DNA of 64,000 nt, taken from assembly GCA_030390025.1 (NCBI GenBank), contig CM059432.1:11904001-11968000 (forward strand), written 5' to 3'. This document shows positions 12,051 through 24,036 of the stretch, piece after piece (the stretch's first letter is position 1; every line of letters begins with the position of its first letter). This DNA is from Squalus acanthias (lineage: Eukaryota). A program made the translations under genes and the position numbers. The notes beneath the pieces were generated by a model. The model was not told where the DNA came from and did no database searches. It worked only from the letters and a program-made list of their open reading frames with translations.

Positions 12051-12798
12051 TGGCCCAAAAATTAGTGCCGCTACGCGAGAGTACGCACTGTGTACTCTCG
12101 CGTATTCTGTCTCCAATTGCCGGTTTTCTGCATGCACTGCGAATGCGCTGAAAGCCGGCACGTGGTGATTTCAAAAGGGGGCGGTTCCTAAGTGAACCGC
12201 GTGCGCGCTACAGGCTGCGCGCACGCAGTGCACTTAGTGCTTTGAACGCGCAGGTAAGCATGGAACATTTTACACATAAAGAAAGGAGGCGTAAGACCCT
12301 CTTTTAACAAGGTAAGTAGTTAATTAAGTATTATTTTGAATTTTTTTCAACAGGTATATCTTTTTTAGAGACTTTAAAGAAAGGTAAGTTCATTTTTATA
12401 ACTTTTTAAAAGATTTTAAATTTTTTCAAAGATTTAATTTTTTGTTTAAAGTGGTTAATTTATTTAATTATACTTATTTTATTAATGTGATGGGTTTTTT
12501 TTTTAATTTAATTGAGGTTTAGCTGTTCTTTTGGGGGGGGGTATAGTATTCATAGCTTTCACAGCCGTGTTGTGAAAGCTATGAATGAAAGATGGTGTGC
12601 TGCCATTGGCTCTAACTGAGTCACGTGATCCCACAGCTCGCACGAATTAACTGCGCCTGTGGGATACGAAAGCCCTGCACAGCTGCTGTCCAGAACATCA
12701 AGTTCGTGCGAGCTGGGAACAAAAAAGCCAGCGCGCAGTGAGAGATCGCGGGGAGGCCTTACCCTCGTACGAAGGCTCACTCACTAATTTTTGGGCCA
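12051..12798 (+). mobile_element. Non-autonomous TIR element, 748 bp (copy A)
   Basis: 17-bp TIR TGGCCCAAAAATTAGTG/CACTAATTTTTGGGCCA; near-identical inverted copy at 40125-40856. Confidence 0.9.
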
Positions 12799-13027
12799 AT
12801 ATACTGAAAGAGTGGCCTCTTTACGAGATTGCACTTGAGAAAACTCTCCTAACTGATAATTTGCATGATAGATGCACATAATATTTTAGAAAGTCTTTCT
12901 GACCGGCCAAATAAAGTGAATTTTCCACTAATCCTCATTGAATATCCACAGTATGTGCAGACCTACCCAATTAGAAATGGGGACTGGACTGTTCCTCATT
13001 GATGATAAAGTGTTGTATATTTCACAG

Positions 13028-13140
13028 AACCAAAATCCACAAATCCTCAGCGACTTGGGAACAATGGTGCAGGTGGTGGAAGTGGAGGAAAGAAAGGAGG
13101 CAGAAAGGACGAGTCCAGCTGGTGGGCCAGGTTACAGAAG
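13028..13140 (+). CDS. AFG3L2: AFG3L2 exon 4 (EPKSTNPQRLGNNGAGGGSGGKKGGRKDESSWWARLQK)
   Basis: CACAG acceptor, Gly-rich stretch + WW.R.QK, AAG|GTACT donor. Confidence 0.93.
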
Positions 13141-13270
13141 GTACTTGCTGGTAACGTTTGTTTTAATCTGACTCTACACACACACACAAACTTCCAGAGC
13201 TCCAAAAACTTTGATTTTGGAATATTTTCAACTCTTTAACAAAACCAAAATACTGCAGCTGCTGGAAATC

Positions 13271-13472
13271 TGAAATTAAAAGCAGAAAATGCTGGAAACA
13301 CTCAGCAGGTCAGGCAGCATCTGTGGAGAGAGAGAAACAGAGTTAACGTTTCAGGTCGATGACCTTTCAGATCTGACAGTAGGTCATCGACCTGGAACGT
13401 TAACTCTGTTTCTCTTTCCACAGATGCTGCCTGACCTGCTGAATGTTTCCAGCATTTCCTGTTTTAGTTTCA
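13271..13472. repeat. ~200-bp palindrome formed by two opposed Penelope-type tails
   Basis: ~100-bp arms are reverse complements centred on TCAGATCTGA. Confidence 0.9.
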
Positions 13473-13626
13473 ACTCTTTAAGTACTTGCAATTTGTTGTG
13501 ATAGTCATGACATTTCTGGCTATGGATTTAGTAACTTTGATTGATTGTGTGAAACTTAGTGCTCTGAGTGGTTTTTCTTTTTTGAAAAAAGGGCTGTAAT
13601 TATAACAATTCAATATACAAAGTGGC

Positions 13627-15535
13627 CCCCCACGGCCGCCAACCTCCTAGTTCCCCAACCCCGCACAGCCCGCTTCCATCTCCTTCCCAAGATCCACAAA
13701 CAGGACTGCCCTGGTAGACCCATCGTTTCAGCCTGTTCTTGCCCCACGGAACTTATCTCTTCCTATCTCGACTCTTTTTTCTCCCCTTGTCCAGTCTCTT
13801 CCCACCTACATCCGCGATTCCTCTGACGCCCTCCGCCACTTTAACAGTTTCCAGTTTCCTGGCCCCAACCGCCTCCTTTTCACCATGGACGTACAATCCC
13901 TCTACACCTCCATCCCCCACCAGGATGGCCTGAGGGCGCTCTGCTTCTTCCTTGAACAGAGGCCCAACCAGTCCCCATCCACCGCCATCCTCCTCCGCCT
14001 GGCTGAATTTGTTCTCACATTGAACAACTTCTCCTTTGACTCCACTCATTTCCTCCAAATCAAAGGTGTTGCTATGGGTACCCGCATGGGCAACACGGTG
14101 GCATAGTGGTTAGCACTGGTGCCTAGCTATGCCTGCCTTTTCGTGGGATATGTGGAACACTCTTTGTTCCAGTCCTACTCGGGTCCCCTCCCTCATCTGT
14201 TTTTCCGGTACATTGACGACTGTATCGGTGCCGTTTCCTGCTCTTGCCCTGAACTAGACAATTTCATTCACTTTGCCTCCAATTTCCACCCTTCCCTCAC
14301 CTTCACATGGACCATCTCCGACTCTTCCCTTCCCTTCCTCGACTTCGCTGTCTCCATCTCCTGGGGATAGGTTATTGACCAACATTCACTACAAGCCCAC
14401 TGACTCCCACAGCTACCTGGACTACACTTCTTCCCACCCCGCCTCCTGTAAGGACTCTATTCCCTTCTCCCAGTTTCTCCGTCTCCGACGATGCCACCTT
14501 CCATACCAGTGCTTCCGACATGTCTTCCTTTTTCCTCAACCGAGGATTCCCCTCTACCGTGGTCGACACGGCCCTCGACCGTGTCCGTTCTATCTCCCGC
14601 ACTTCTGCCCTCACCCCGGCCCCTCCCTCCCGGAACCACGATAGAGTTCCCCTTGTCCTCACCTTTCACCCCACCAGCCTCCACATTCAACGGATCATCC
14701 TCCGCCATTTCCGCCACCTTCAACGTGATCCCACCACCAAACGTATCTTCACCTCACCTCCCCTTTCAGCATTCCGTAGGGACCGCTCCCTCCGAGACAC
14801 CCTAGTCCACTCCTCTATCACCCCCAGCACCCCTTCCCCCTCGCCCGGCACCTTCCCGTGCAAGCGCAGGAGATGCAACACCTGCCCTTATACATCCCCC
14901 CTTCCCACTCTCCAGGGCCCCAAACACCCCTTCCAGGTGAAACAGCGATTTACTTGTACTTCTTGCAATCTAGTATACTGTCTTCGCTGCTCACGATGTG
15001 GTCTCCTCTACATTGGGGAGACCAAACGCAGATTGGGTGACCGCTTTGCGGAACACCTCCGTTCCGTCCGTAAGGGTGACCCCGAGCTTCCGGTCGCTTG
15101 TCATTTTAATTCACCTCTCCACGCCCACTCAGACCTCACCGTCCTCGGCCTCTTGCATTGTTCCACGGAAGCTCAGCGTAAGCTCGAGGAACAGCACCTC
15201 ATCTTCTGATTAGGCACTTTACAGCCTTCCGGACTCAATATCGAGTTCAACATCGGCCCCTACCACACATATATATATATATATATATTTTTTTTTGTTA
15301 ACCTGTCCTATTACCATCTCGTCTTGCCTTGAGCATCTCTTAATGTCTCTACTTACCATAGACCACCCCTTTTGTTCTTTTATTCCTCCCCCCAGCCTCC
15401 CACTTGCTTTTTTATCTGTTTCATTTCCTGCTTTTTTCTCAGTTCTGACGAAGGGTTTCGACCTGAAACGTTAACTCTGTTTCTCTCTCCACGGATGTTG
15501 CCTGGCCTGCTGAGTTTTTCCAGCGTTTTCTGTTG
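13627..15535 (+). mobile_element. Penelope-like retroelement, 5'-truncated (RT + GIY-YIG endonuclease + tail)
   Basis: LPKIHK..PGRPIV, MDVQSLYTSIP, GVAMGTRMG, FRYIDD, LPFLD; LVYCLRCSRCGLLYIGETKRRLGDRFAEH; stops and frameshifts present. Confidence 0.93.
15441..15476 (+). ncRNA. Minimal type I hammerhead ribozyme motif in Penelope tail
   Basis: AGTT-CTGACGA-[A GGGT TTCG ACCT]-GAAAC-GTT-AACT: conserved core boxes, helix I AGTT/AACT, helix II, palindromic ACGT in place of helix III. Confidence 0.72.
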
Positions 15536-15818
15536 TTACAAAGTGGTCTTGTTGCTTTACAGTTTTTGGTTCATAGAAAAAGCTATATGATCTTCAATAT
15601 CTGTCTGAAACTTGGAAAAATTGCTAGTCAGGATTTACTAATTACTTATAACATTTCAGTTGAATGTAGCAGTGCCAACTATTCACCCAATGGCTCAGCT
15701 GGTTAAGGCTTTGAATATCAGAGCCATACGGACTAGTGTAGTCTTAAATTCAGTCTTGCTCTGTACTGAGGTAGTTAATCTCAGTTGGGGTGCAAGACAG
15801 CAGCAAAAGTTAACATCA

Positions 15819-16092
15819 GGGGTACGGTGGCATAGTGGTTGTTACTGGGCTACTAATCCAGAGACTCAAGTTCAAATCCCACCACGGCAGCTGGGGAATT
15901 TAAATTCAATTAAATAAATCTGTAATAAAATAAACTATCAGTATTAGTGACCATGAAACTACCGGATTGTCGTAAAAACCCATCTGGTTCACTAATGTCC
16001 TTTAGGGAAGGAAATCTGCCGTCCTTACCCGGTCTGGCCTATATGTGACTCCAGACCCACAGCAATGTGGTTGACTCTTAACTGCCCTCTGA
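15819..16092 (+). mobile_element. tRNA-derived SINE
   Basis: GGGTACGGTGGCATAGTGG head, GTTCAAATCCC box; same family as 10371-10958. Confidence 0.8.
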
Positions 16093-16484
16093 ATTACTAG
16101 TCGAGCAACATAACCACTATGCTACCGTGCCCTCTGTGTGCTGGAGCACTGTGGGAGACATCAAATTTTCCTGTGAAGCGCCTTGTGACGTTTTACTACG
16201 TTAAAGGTGCTGTATAAATGCAAGTTGTTGTATGGAATTTGACCTCGAGATGAATTCCAATTGTGAATGTCAGTAGTGTCTAGCAATGAGATTTGTAGTG
16301 GGTGTCTAGTGCTCGAGCATTGGGTGCTCCAGGAAATACTGCTATGTAGCTTTCATATGCAATTGGTTTAATCTTCAGTATTTCAGTAGAGCAGATATAA
16401 ACTCTTCATTTGATCTGTATTGATGAATGTTGTACCTCACTTACATCACGTACTATTTAAGATCCCTTTATTTTTACTTTCTAG

Positions 16485-16637
16485 GGTGATATTCCATGGG
16501 ACGATAAGGAATTTCGATTTTACTTTATAGGAGGTGCTGCATTTTGGGCAACTGTTGCTTATTACATTTTCTTCAGGAATATTGGCAGAGAAGTTACCTG
16601 GAAGGACTTTGTTAATAATTACCTTTCTAAAGGAATT
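16485..16637 (+). CDS. AFG3L2: AFG3L2 exon 5 ([17 protein letters not shown]...[17 protein letters not shown]; first TM helix)
   Basis: CTAG acceptor, ATT|GTAAGT donor, 153 nt. Confidence 0.96.
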
Positions 16638-17204
16638 GTAAGTGCTAAAATACTGTTTACGCCTGATTATTGTAAAATGTACTGCATTATTCTATATAGA
16701 GAAGGGAATTTTAATGATATGTAAAATGTGCAATGTATAAATTGGATATTAAGGGAATCAAGGGATATGGGGATAGTTGCGGGAAGGTGGAGTTGATGTA
16801 GAAAATCAGCCATGATCTTATTGAATGGCGGAGCAGGCTAGAAGGACCAAATGGCCTACTCCTCCTATTTCTTATGCGTATGTATTCATAATTCAAACTA
16901 TTTTCTTCAGTCAAATACAGTTTACAAATGCACATTCAATTGGAATTCTTTTTATTCTGAAATTCTACTTTCTAATATTCAACTGTATAAATATATAGAC
17001 AACATGATTAGGGGCACTGGTTCATGGTCTCTGATTAAGTCAAAACCTATCTTTATTACAGCACGTTTACTCTAATTTTGGGAATCGTATTCCAGGTTCT
17101 TTCAGTAATCTGAAAATGTGTCATGGAGATTGTTTCTCATTATAGCGCTTTTAAAACATTGATAAACACTTCAAGGACACTAGAAGCAACAACATCGATA
17201 TATA

Positions 17205-17763
17205 AGGAAGTTATGATGAACCTTTTATAAAACACTGGTTCGGCCTCAACTGGAGTATTGTGTCCAATTCTGGGCACCGCACTTTAAGAAGGATGTGAAG
17301 GCTTCATGAGAGTGCAGAAAAGATTTACAAGAATGGTTCCAGGGATGAGGGACTTCAGTTACGTGGATAGACTGGAGAAGCTGGGGTTGTTCTCCTTAGA
17401 GCAGAGAAGATTGAGAGGAGATTTGATAGAGGTGTTCAAAATCATGAGGGGTCTAGACAGAGTAGATAGAGAGAACCAGAGGACACAGATTTAAGTTGAT
17501 TGGCAAAAGAACCAAAGGCGACATGAGGGAAAAACTTTTTTACGCAGCAAGTGGTTATGATCTGGAATGCACTGCCTGAAAGGGTGGTGGAGGCGGATTC
17601 AATTGTGTCTTTCAAAAGGGAATTGGATAAGTACCTGAAGGAAAAAAATTGCAGGGCTATGGGCAAAGGTCAGGGGAGTGGGACTAGCTGAAGTGTTCTT
17701 GCAGAGAGCCGGCACGGGCTCAATGGGCCGAATGGCCTCCTTCTGTGCTGTAACCATTCTATG
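17205..17763 (+). mobile_element. CR1 3' fragment
   Basis: RVQKRFTRMVPGM...RRLRGDLIEVFKIM; (ATTCTATG) tail. Confidence 0.88.
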
Positions 17764-19351
17764 ATTTAGAAAAAGTGTATTTCTTTTGGCAGCAACTATA
17801 GAAGAGTTTGCCCTATCCTTATAAACCGTAAAAGTGCAGCAATTTTCACAACTTTTGATGGATTCATCGAAGTGTGCAGATTCTCACCCCCTCAGTTCAT
17901 TGCTATAAAATAACTGCTACTTAACACATCTATTTCACTTGCATCTGATACTCTTGTATTGGTTTCTTTTTCTTTAGGATTTTGTTCAATAAGTAGAGCT
18001 TAGCTTTTAGAGTGACTGTTGCCGCCTTTATGCTTTGCTCGGATGTGAAATGTGCTAATGGCTTTGATTAATTGGTTTTGATGGCCTTTAGTCCAGTTCA
18101 GTTGATCTGGTTAGTTTTGTTAGTCCCGCTCTCAAACTGATCTGGATTTGGTTCTCATAGTTTACATTACCATTCTCAAACTGATAGATTGATGCCAACG
18201 ACCTCCAATCACAATGGGGAAGAAAAGCTGATTTTTCTTGTTAAATGCTGACACGTGGGTAGAAATGCTGACTGCCTGCTTAAAACACTGATACACATTC
18301 ACTGAGGCACCTCTATTGCACTGAAATCTGGCATTCTCTTTTCTAATTGGGAACAGTGTACGTGTTGCACGTACAGTAACCAGCTGGCATTGGATTCAGC
18401 AACAAGCTCTGCTTACCAGCATGTTAAATAATTGATCCAGTGAATCCGATTCCAGTGTTCAACACAGTCAGAAGAAATCAGCTTGGCTCTGCAGGGGCAC
18501 TTCGAATTCTATTTAAAATAAGAGTTCTACATGTTTAAAGTGCCAGTGAGTGGAGTGCTTGCTGAAGGTTTAGTAAACAAATGTTTGGAAATGAGCATTA
18601 CCAAGCAGTAAATAGGAAATCCCACATCTGCTGCCTGCATTGGGATATTTTCCTAGTTTGGAATCTTCCTTATTCGGAGCAGAGCTCCCTGGTTGCCTGA
18701 AAGTGCTTTCTGTCCGTGTTCTGCAGGCAGAGAGTGGAGCAAGCTAAAGGGTGTACTTTTCAGATCTTCAGATATTATACGGTCTTGTGACATCAGGATG
18801 CTCTATAACATTGCATACATCTACATGCTAAACTAGTTGTGATAGTAAGTAGACATTTTCATAGAAGGACTTCACTGCAGAAAAGTTAACTGGCAGTAAT
18901 TTCCAAAAATAAGGACAATTTTGGGGGAGATTCCCACGCAGTCATGTAGAGGAAGGCAAACATTGCTGAACTGAAGATTTGGGGGTGTGGGGAATCACAA
19001 AACATTTTGGGAACAGAATTATTCATGCATCATGCACCTTTTCTGTAAAACTTTTTTAAAAATTAAAGAATTCTTGGTTTTTTGTCTGGAATTAATGGTG
19101 TTCTTTAATAAAAGTTGGGTAACTGGGCTATTCAGAATCTAGATGGATTGAAAAGAATCAGGATTGATTTTTTTTTTTCTAAATTGCTTCTTTTACCATC
19201 ATTGTAAACCTCCCTGCTTTCAATTGAAGGTTTAATAAATGGGTTTTTGAAAAAGACATTCCTTGGATTTCTTTGAGAGTGTAAAGAAGATGAAGGTAAT
19301 TTAGTGGATTGATGAGGTTTTTTAATGACTAACTTTTTTTTTTGTTGCCAG

Positions 19352-19426
19352 GTGGACAGGTTGGAAGTAGTAAACAAACGCTACGTTAGAGTGGTTTTTG
19401 CTCCAGAAAAAATAGCCGTGGATGGG
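19352..19426 (+). CDS. AFG3L2: AFG3L2 exon 6 (VDRLEVVNKRYVRVVFAPEKIAVDG)
   Basis: CCAG acceptor, GGG|GTAAGT donor, 75 nt. Confidence 0.96.
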
Positions 19427-19679
19427 GTAAGTTGGTCATTTACATATCCAAAACTCTACGTAGAGGATCCTTATGGTTTACGATATGCACTATGTAAACA
19501 ACAACAACTATTTGCATTTATATAGCGCCTTTAACGTAGTAAAACGTTCCAAGGCACATCACTGAAGCGCTTATCAAACAAAATTTGAGCCACGTTAGGA
19601 GATATTAGGACAGGTGGCCAACAGCTTGGTCCAAGAGGTAGGTTTTAAGGAATGTCTTAAAGGAGGAAAGAAACACTTG

Positions 19680-20108
19680 CCTTCTATAGCGCCTTTCACG
19701 ACCACCGGACGTCTCAAAGCGCTTTACAGCCAATTAAGTACTTTTGAAGTGGAGTCACTATTGTAATGTGGGAAACGCAGCAGCCAATTTGCGCACAGCA
19801 AGGTCCCACAAACAGCGAGATAATGACCAGATAATCTGTTTTTGTTATGTTGGTTGAGGGATAAATATTAGCCAGGTCACCGGGGATAACTCCCCTGCTC
19901 TTCTTTGAAATAGTGCCATGGGATCTTTTACGTCCACCTGAGAGAGCAGACAGGGCCTCGGTTTAACGTCTCATCCGAAAGAAGTCACCTCCGACAGCGC
20001 AGCACTGCACTGGAGTGTCAGCCCAAGTGTGCTCAAGTCCCTGGAGTGGGACTTGAACCCACAACCTTCTGACTCAGAGGTGAGTGTGCTACCAACTGAG
20101 CCACAGCT
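19680..20108 (-). mobile_element. Deu-domain tRNA-SINE (SacSINE1-like), inserted within an L2 3' fragment (19500-20423)
   Basis: TTTCGGATGAGACGTTAAACCGAGG...AAAGATCCCATGGCACTA core; tRNA-like head. Confidence 0.8.
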
Positions 20109-21088
20109 ACTAAGAGAGAGGGGTAGAGAGCTGGAGAGATTTAGGGAGGGAATTGCAGAACCTGGGGCCTAGGCAGCTGGAGGCACGGAGCAAAGAAAAT
20201 CGGGGATGCGCAAGAGGCCAGAGTTGGAGGAGTGCGGAAATCTCGGAGGATTGTAGGGCTGGCGGAGGTTACAGAGATAGGGAGGGGCGAGGCCATGACA
20301 ACAAGGATGAGTATTTTTAAATCGCATCGTTGCTGGAACGGGAGCCAATGTAGTGAGCACAAGGGTGATTGGTGAACGGGACTTAGTGCGAGTTAGGATA
20401 CAGGCAGCAGAGTTTTGGATGAGCAATGAGCTGTGAATTATACAGTTATTGCAAGTGCATTAGTTATCACAATTTTTTAACCCTTCAGTACAGATGTCGT
20501 CATGATTTGGTTGTACAGAATGTGTTGTCAATATTATGGAATAGCACTGTCCAATGAACATTGAACTTTTTTCGAAACTGCCAATTTTAATCTCCTCCCA
20601 GTCTACAGATTACTTTTATAAGCTGCTCAATTTTTATTTTTGTTGTATGATGTATTTTAAACACTGAGAATCACTTGTAGGCAGCCAGTGTTCCAAACAA
20701 ACAAAAGTCATGTGATGTGATGTGAAGCCCATGTCCGCTATAATGATGTTGGTTACTCCAGGGCAATCTCGCACAGAATACAAACATTTATGATATGGAG
20801 CAAGTGTGCCTCAAAGGGATTCTATCTTTTATATTCCATTGCACCAGAATGCCACTGTACTGGAATGGTTAAATGCAGGGTTCCATTGAGATACCCCATG
20901 AATAGGGTTATCACAATCAGTGGATAGAAAGTAATCTGACTAAGGGTTGTACGACATCTAGCGCAATAATGAAAATTAAGCAGATTGCATGATTCATTTC
21001 AAGCCTGAGATGAGATTGACACAAAAGTAGGGGTTTGGTAATCAGCAAGAAGGACCTTAAGGGTCTTCAGGAGCACGTAAGTTAGCGG

Positions 21089-21710
21089 CAATGTTCCTAT
21101 GAATTTTCTTAGTTGTGCGCGGTCTCATTACTTCAATGCGTGGTCCCTTTAAATTTCGTTGCGCGGCTGCGCTCGCGCGGTAACTTGAGTGGCCTGTGGG
21201 GTACCTTCCAGACAGTTGTGTGGCCGCGCATGTGCACAGCTTAGAGCCCATAAGACGTAGGAGCAGGAGTAGGTCACTTGGCCCTTCGAGCCTGCTCCGC
21301 CATTCAATAAGATCATGACTGCTCTGATCTTGGCCTCAACTCTACTTCCCCGCCCGCTCCCCATAACCCGTGACTCCCTTATCGTTCAAAAATCTGTGTT
21401 TCTCCACCTTAAATATATTCAATAAGCGGCTTGGTACAACTAATAGTTAAGAGTCGACCATATTGCTGTGGGTCTGGAGGCAGATTTCCTTCCCTAAAGG
21501 ACATTAGTGAACCAGATAGGTTTCTAATGGTCACCATTACAGATGCTAGCTTTTTATTCCAGATTTTTTATTTAATTAGCTGAATTTAAATTCCCCAGCT
21601 GCCATGGTAGGATTTGAACTCGTGTCTCACGGATCATTAGTCCAGGCCTCTGGATTACTAGGCCAGTAACATAACCACTATGCTACCGTACTCAATTAGA
21701 GGGAACATTG
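21089..21710. mobile_element. hAT-like MITE with nested CR1 tail (~21250-21422) and SINE (~21425-21691)
   Basis: CAATGTTCC...GGGAACATTG ends; TSD GTTAGCGG/GTTAACGG. Confidence 0.8.
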
Positions 21711-23277
21711 GTTAACGGAATGGGCAGTCAGATGGCCGCTGGAATCTCGTGGAGAAGCGTGAGGTGATGCATCTTGGGAGGATAAACAAGGATCCATTCA
21801 GTGGGAAGATGCTGAAGGTTGTTGAGGAAAAGAGAGACCGAGGGGCGACATTAGATAATTCCTTGGAAAGTGTGAGTGCAGTAGATAGCCATAAAATATG
21901 CCAGTAGTGTTTTGGATTTTTCCATAGAATTACTTAGAATATGCAGCACAGAAACGGGCCATTCGGCCAGCGTTTATGCTCCACTTGAGCCTCCTCCCAT
22001 CCTTCCTCATCTAACTCTATCAGCATATCCTCATTCCTTTCTCCCTCACGTGCTTATCTAGCCTCCCCTTAAATGCATCTATATTATTTGCCTCAACCAC
22101 TCCCTGCGGTAGCGAGTTTCAGTTGGGAAACCTGATTTGAGGAGTTGTCGGATCAAATACAAAAATAAATGGGCTGGTGAAGGTAGAGGAAAACAACTAA
22201 ATAAAAGTCAGGAACATGACAAGACCATTGACGCTTAAACCTCTAGCGTATTAACTCTTTTCCCCGCCCCCCCCCCAAGTCATGTAATTGAAATGAGCTT
22301 GAAAGGTAAACAATATAAAGTACAAATAACAAAGAGAGGAGTGCCAAGACATAAATATCCAGATATCACAGCAATGAATCTACTTTTACAATCTTTCTAG
22401 TATTATTACTTTTATTTATTTGCGAGAGAGAGAGAGAGAGAGAGAGCGGTAGTAAGCCACCTCTTGATTGTGGTTTGTTAGTCCACTTGAGAAGGCATTG
22501 AGAGCCAACCGTCTTGTGTGGGACTGGAGCCGCAAGTAGGCCAGACTGGGTAGAGCTGCTAAGCTTCCTTCTCTGAGGGACTATAAAAACAAACTGGCAA
22601 CTTTCCTGGTCAATTTTTCTAGTGCCAGCCCACAATTTATCAGATTTCTTGAATTCAGTTGCACAACTTGCCATGGTGGGAATTGATCTCCTGACCTTTG
22701 CATTGCTCGTTTAGTACTATAGCCAGTACACAAGCATAGCTGAGGTAATATGTAATTCTCGTGCCTTCATGTCTGCAGTAAAATCGAAATGATAGCAGGC
22801 ACAGTGCCAATGTATTCTAAAGGAGTTTGCAGTTCGGTTCTCATTCTTAATAGTTATTTATAGTGGTGGTTTAACTTGGAATCCTAAGGTACATGATTAG
22901 ACCTAGCCTTTTAATCACAGAACTCTCGGACACATCACTCGAGCTGTGCATTACTTACTTTAATCCTGTATTAATTTGTTTTAAAGCGAAGAATAATTTT
23001 GCGAGCATTCTGTTGTGAGTTAAGCTTTTACCAGATGTTTCTCTTGTACTCTGTACCAATGGCCACTCCTGTAAGAGAGCCCTTGTACCCTATGAAGCGA
23101 AGTGTGACTTGCATGCAAAATTTCTAATAATGCAGTGTTGCACAGCAGCAGAATAAAAACCCATGTTAGAATTAGGTTGCCAAACTGAGACAAGCTCTCT
23201 CATGTTCTCCTAGACTTTGGAAAAATAAATGCTCTATTGTCTTGGGCTATAAACTGCAAATCAGATGTTAGTGTTGA

Positions 23278-23700
23278 CTTGGCTCAGTGTTAGCACTCAC
23301 TTCTGAGTCAGAGGTTGTGGGTTTAAGAGGACAAGTGTAGGTTATCTAGGCTGACACTTCAGCGCAATTTTGAGGGAGTGCGGCACCATCAGAGGTGGCA
23401 TCTTGCGGGTGAGATGCTAAACTGAAGCCCTGTCTTGTCAAGTTGATGTAAAAGATCCAATGGCAGTATTCCAAAGAAGAGCAGCGGATTTCTGCTGGTG
23501 TCCTCGCCAACCATTATCCATCAGCCGACACCACCGAAACAAATTAACTGGTCATTTTATCCCTTTGCTGTTTGCTATGAACAAATTGGCTGCTGTGTTT
23601 GTCTACATAACAACAACAATCCTAAGGTAATTCATTGGCTGTAAAATGCTCCGGGATGAACCGAGGACATAAAAGATGCTATATAATTGCAAATTCTTTC
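23278..23700 (+). mobile_element. Deu-domain SINE, diverged
   Basis: Colinear with the copy at 26326. Confidence 0.75.
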
Positions 23701-23911
23701 TCAATTATTAAGTGAAAGCTATGCAGTACTTATTGTGATATTGCACTGCTCTGCCTCCAAGCTTCTCTGGGAAAAAATGAATGGAAATGATTTCATTTTT
23801 AAGCAAATCAGTCTTAATTGCTGGACGATGAACCAATTGAGTGTGGAATGTAAGTGAGAATGTAATCAGTCTATTACTCATATACTTTAATCTATTTCCT
23901 TATATTTACAG

Positions 23912-24036
23912 CAATATGTATGGTTTAACATTGGCAGTGTGGACACCTTTGAGCGGAATCTGGAGACTGCACAGCAGGAACAGGGCATAGAAGGTGAAAG
24001 TAGGATACCTATAGTGTATTCTACAGAGAGTGATGG
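23912..24036 (+). CDS. AFG3L2: AFG3L2 exon 7 ([42 protein letters not shown])
   Basis: TACAG acceptor, TGG|GTAAG donor, 125 nt. Confidence 0.96.

Noticed and set aside
14520..15209. 229-aa GIY-YIG ORF as a stand-alone nuclease gene
   Set aside because: It is the C-terminal part of a disrupted Penelope ORF
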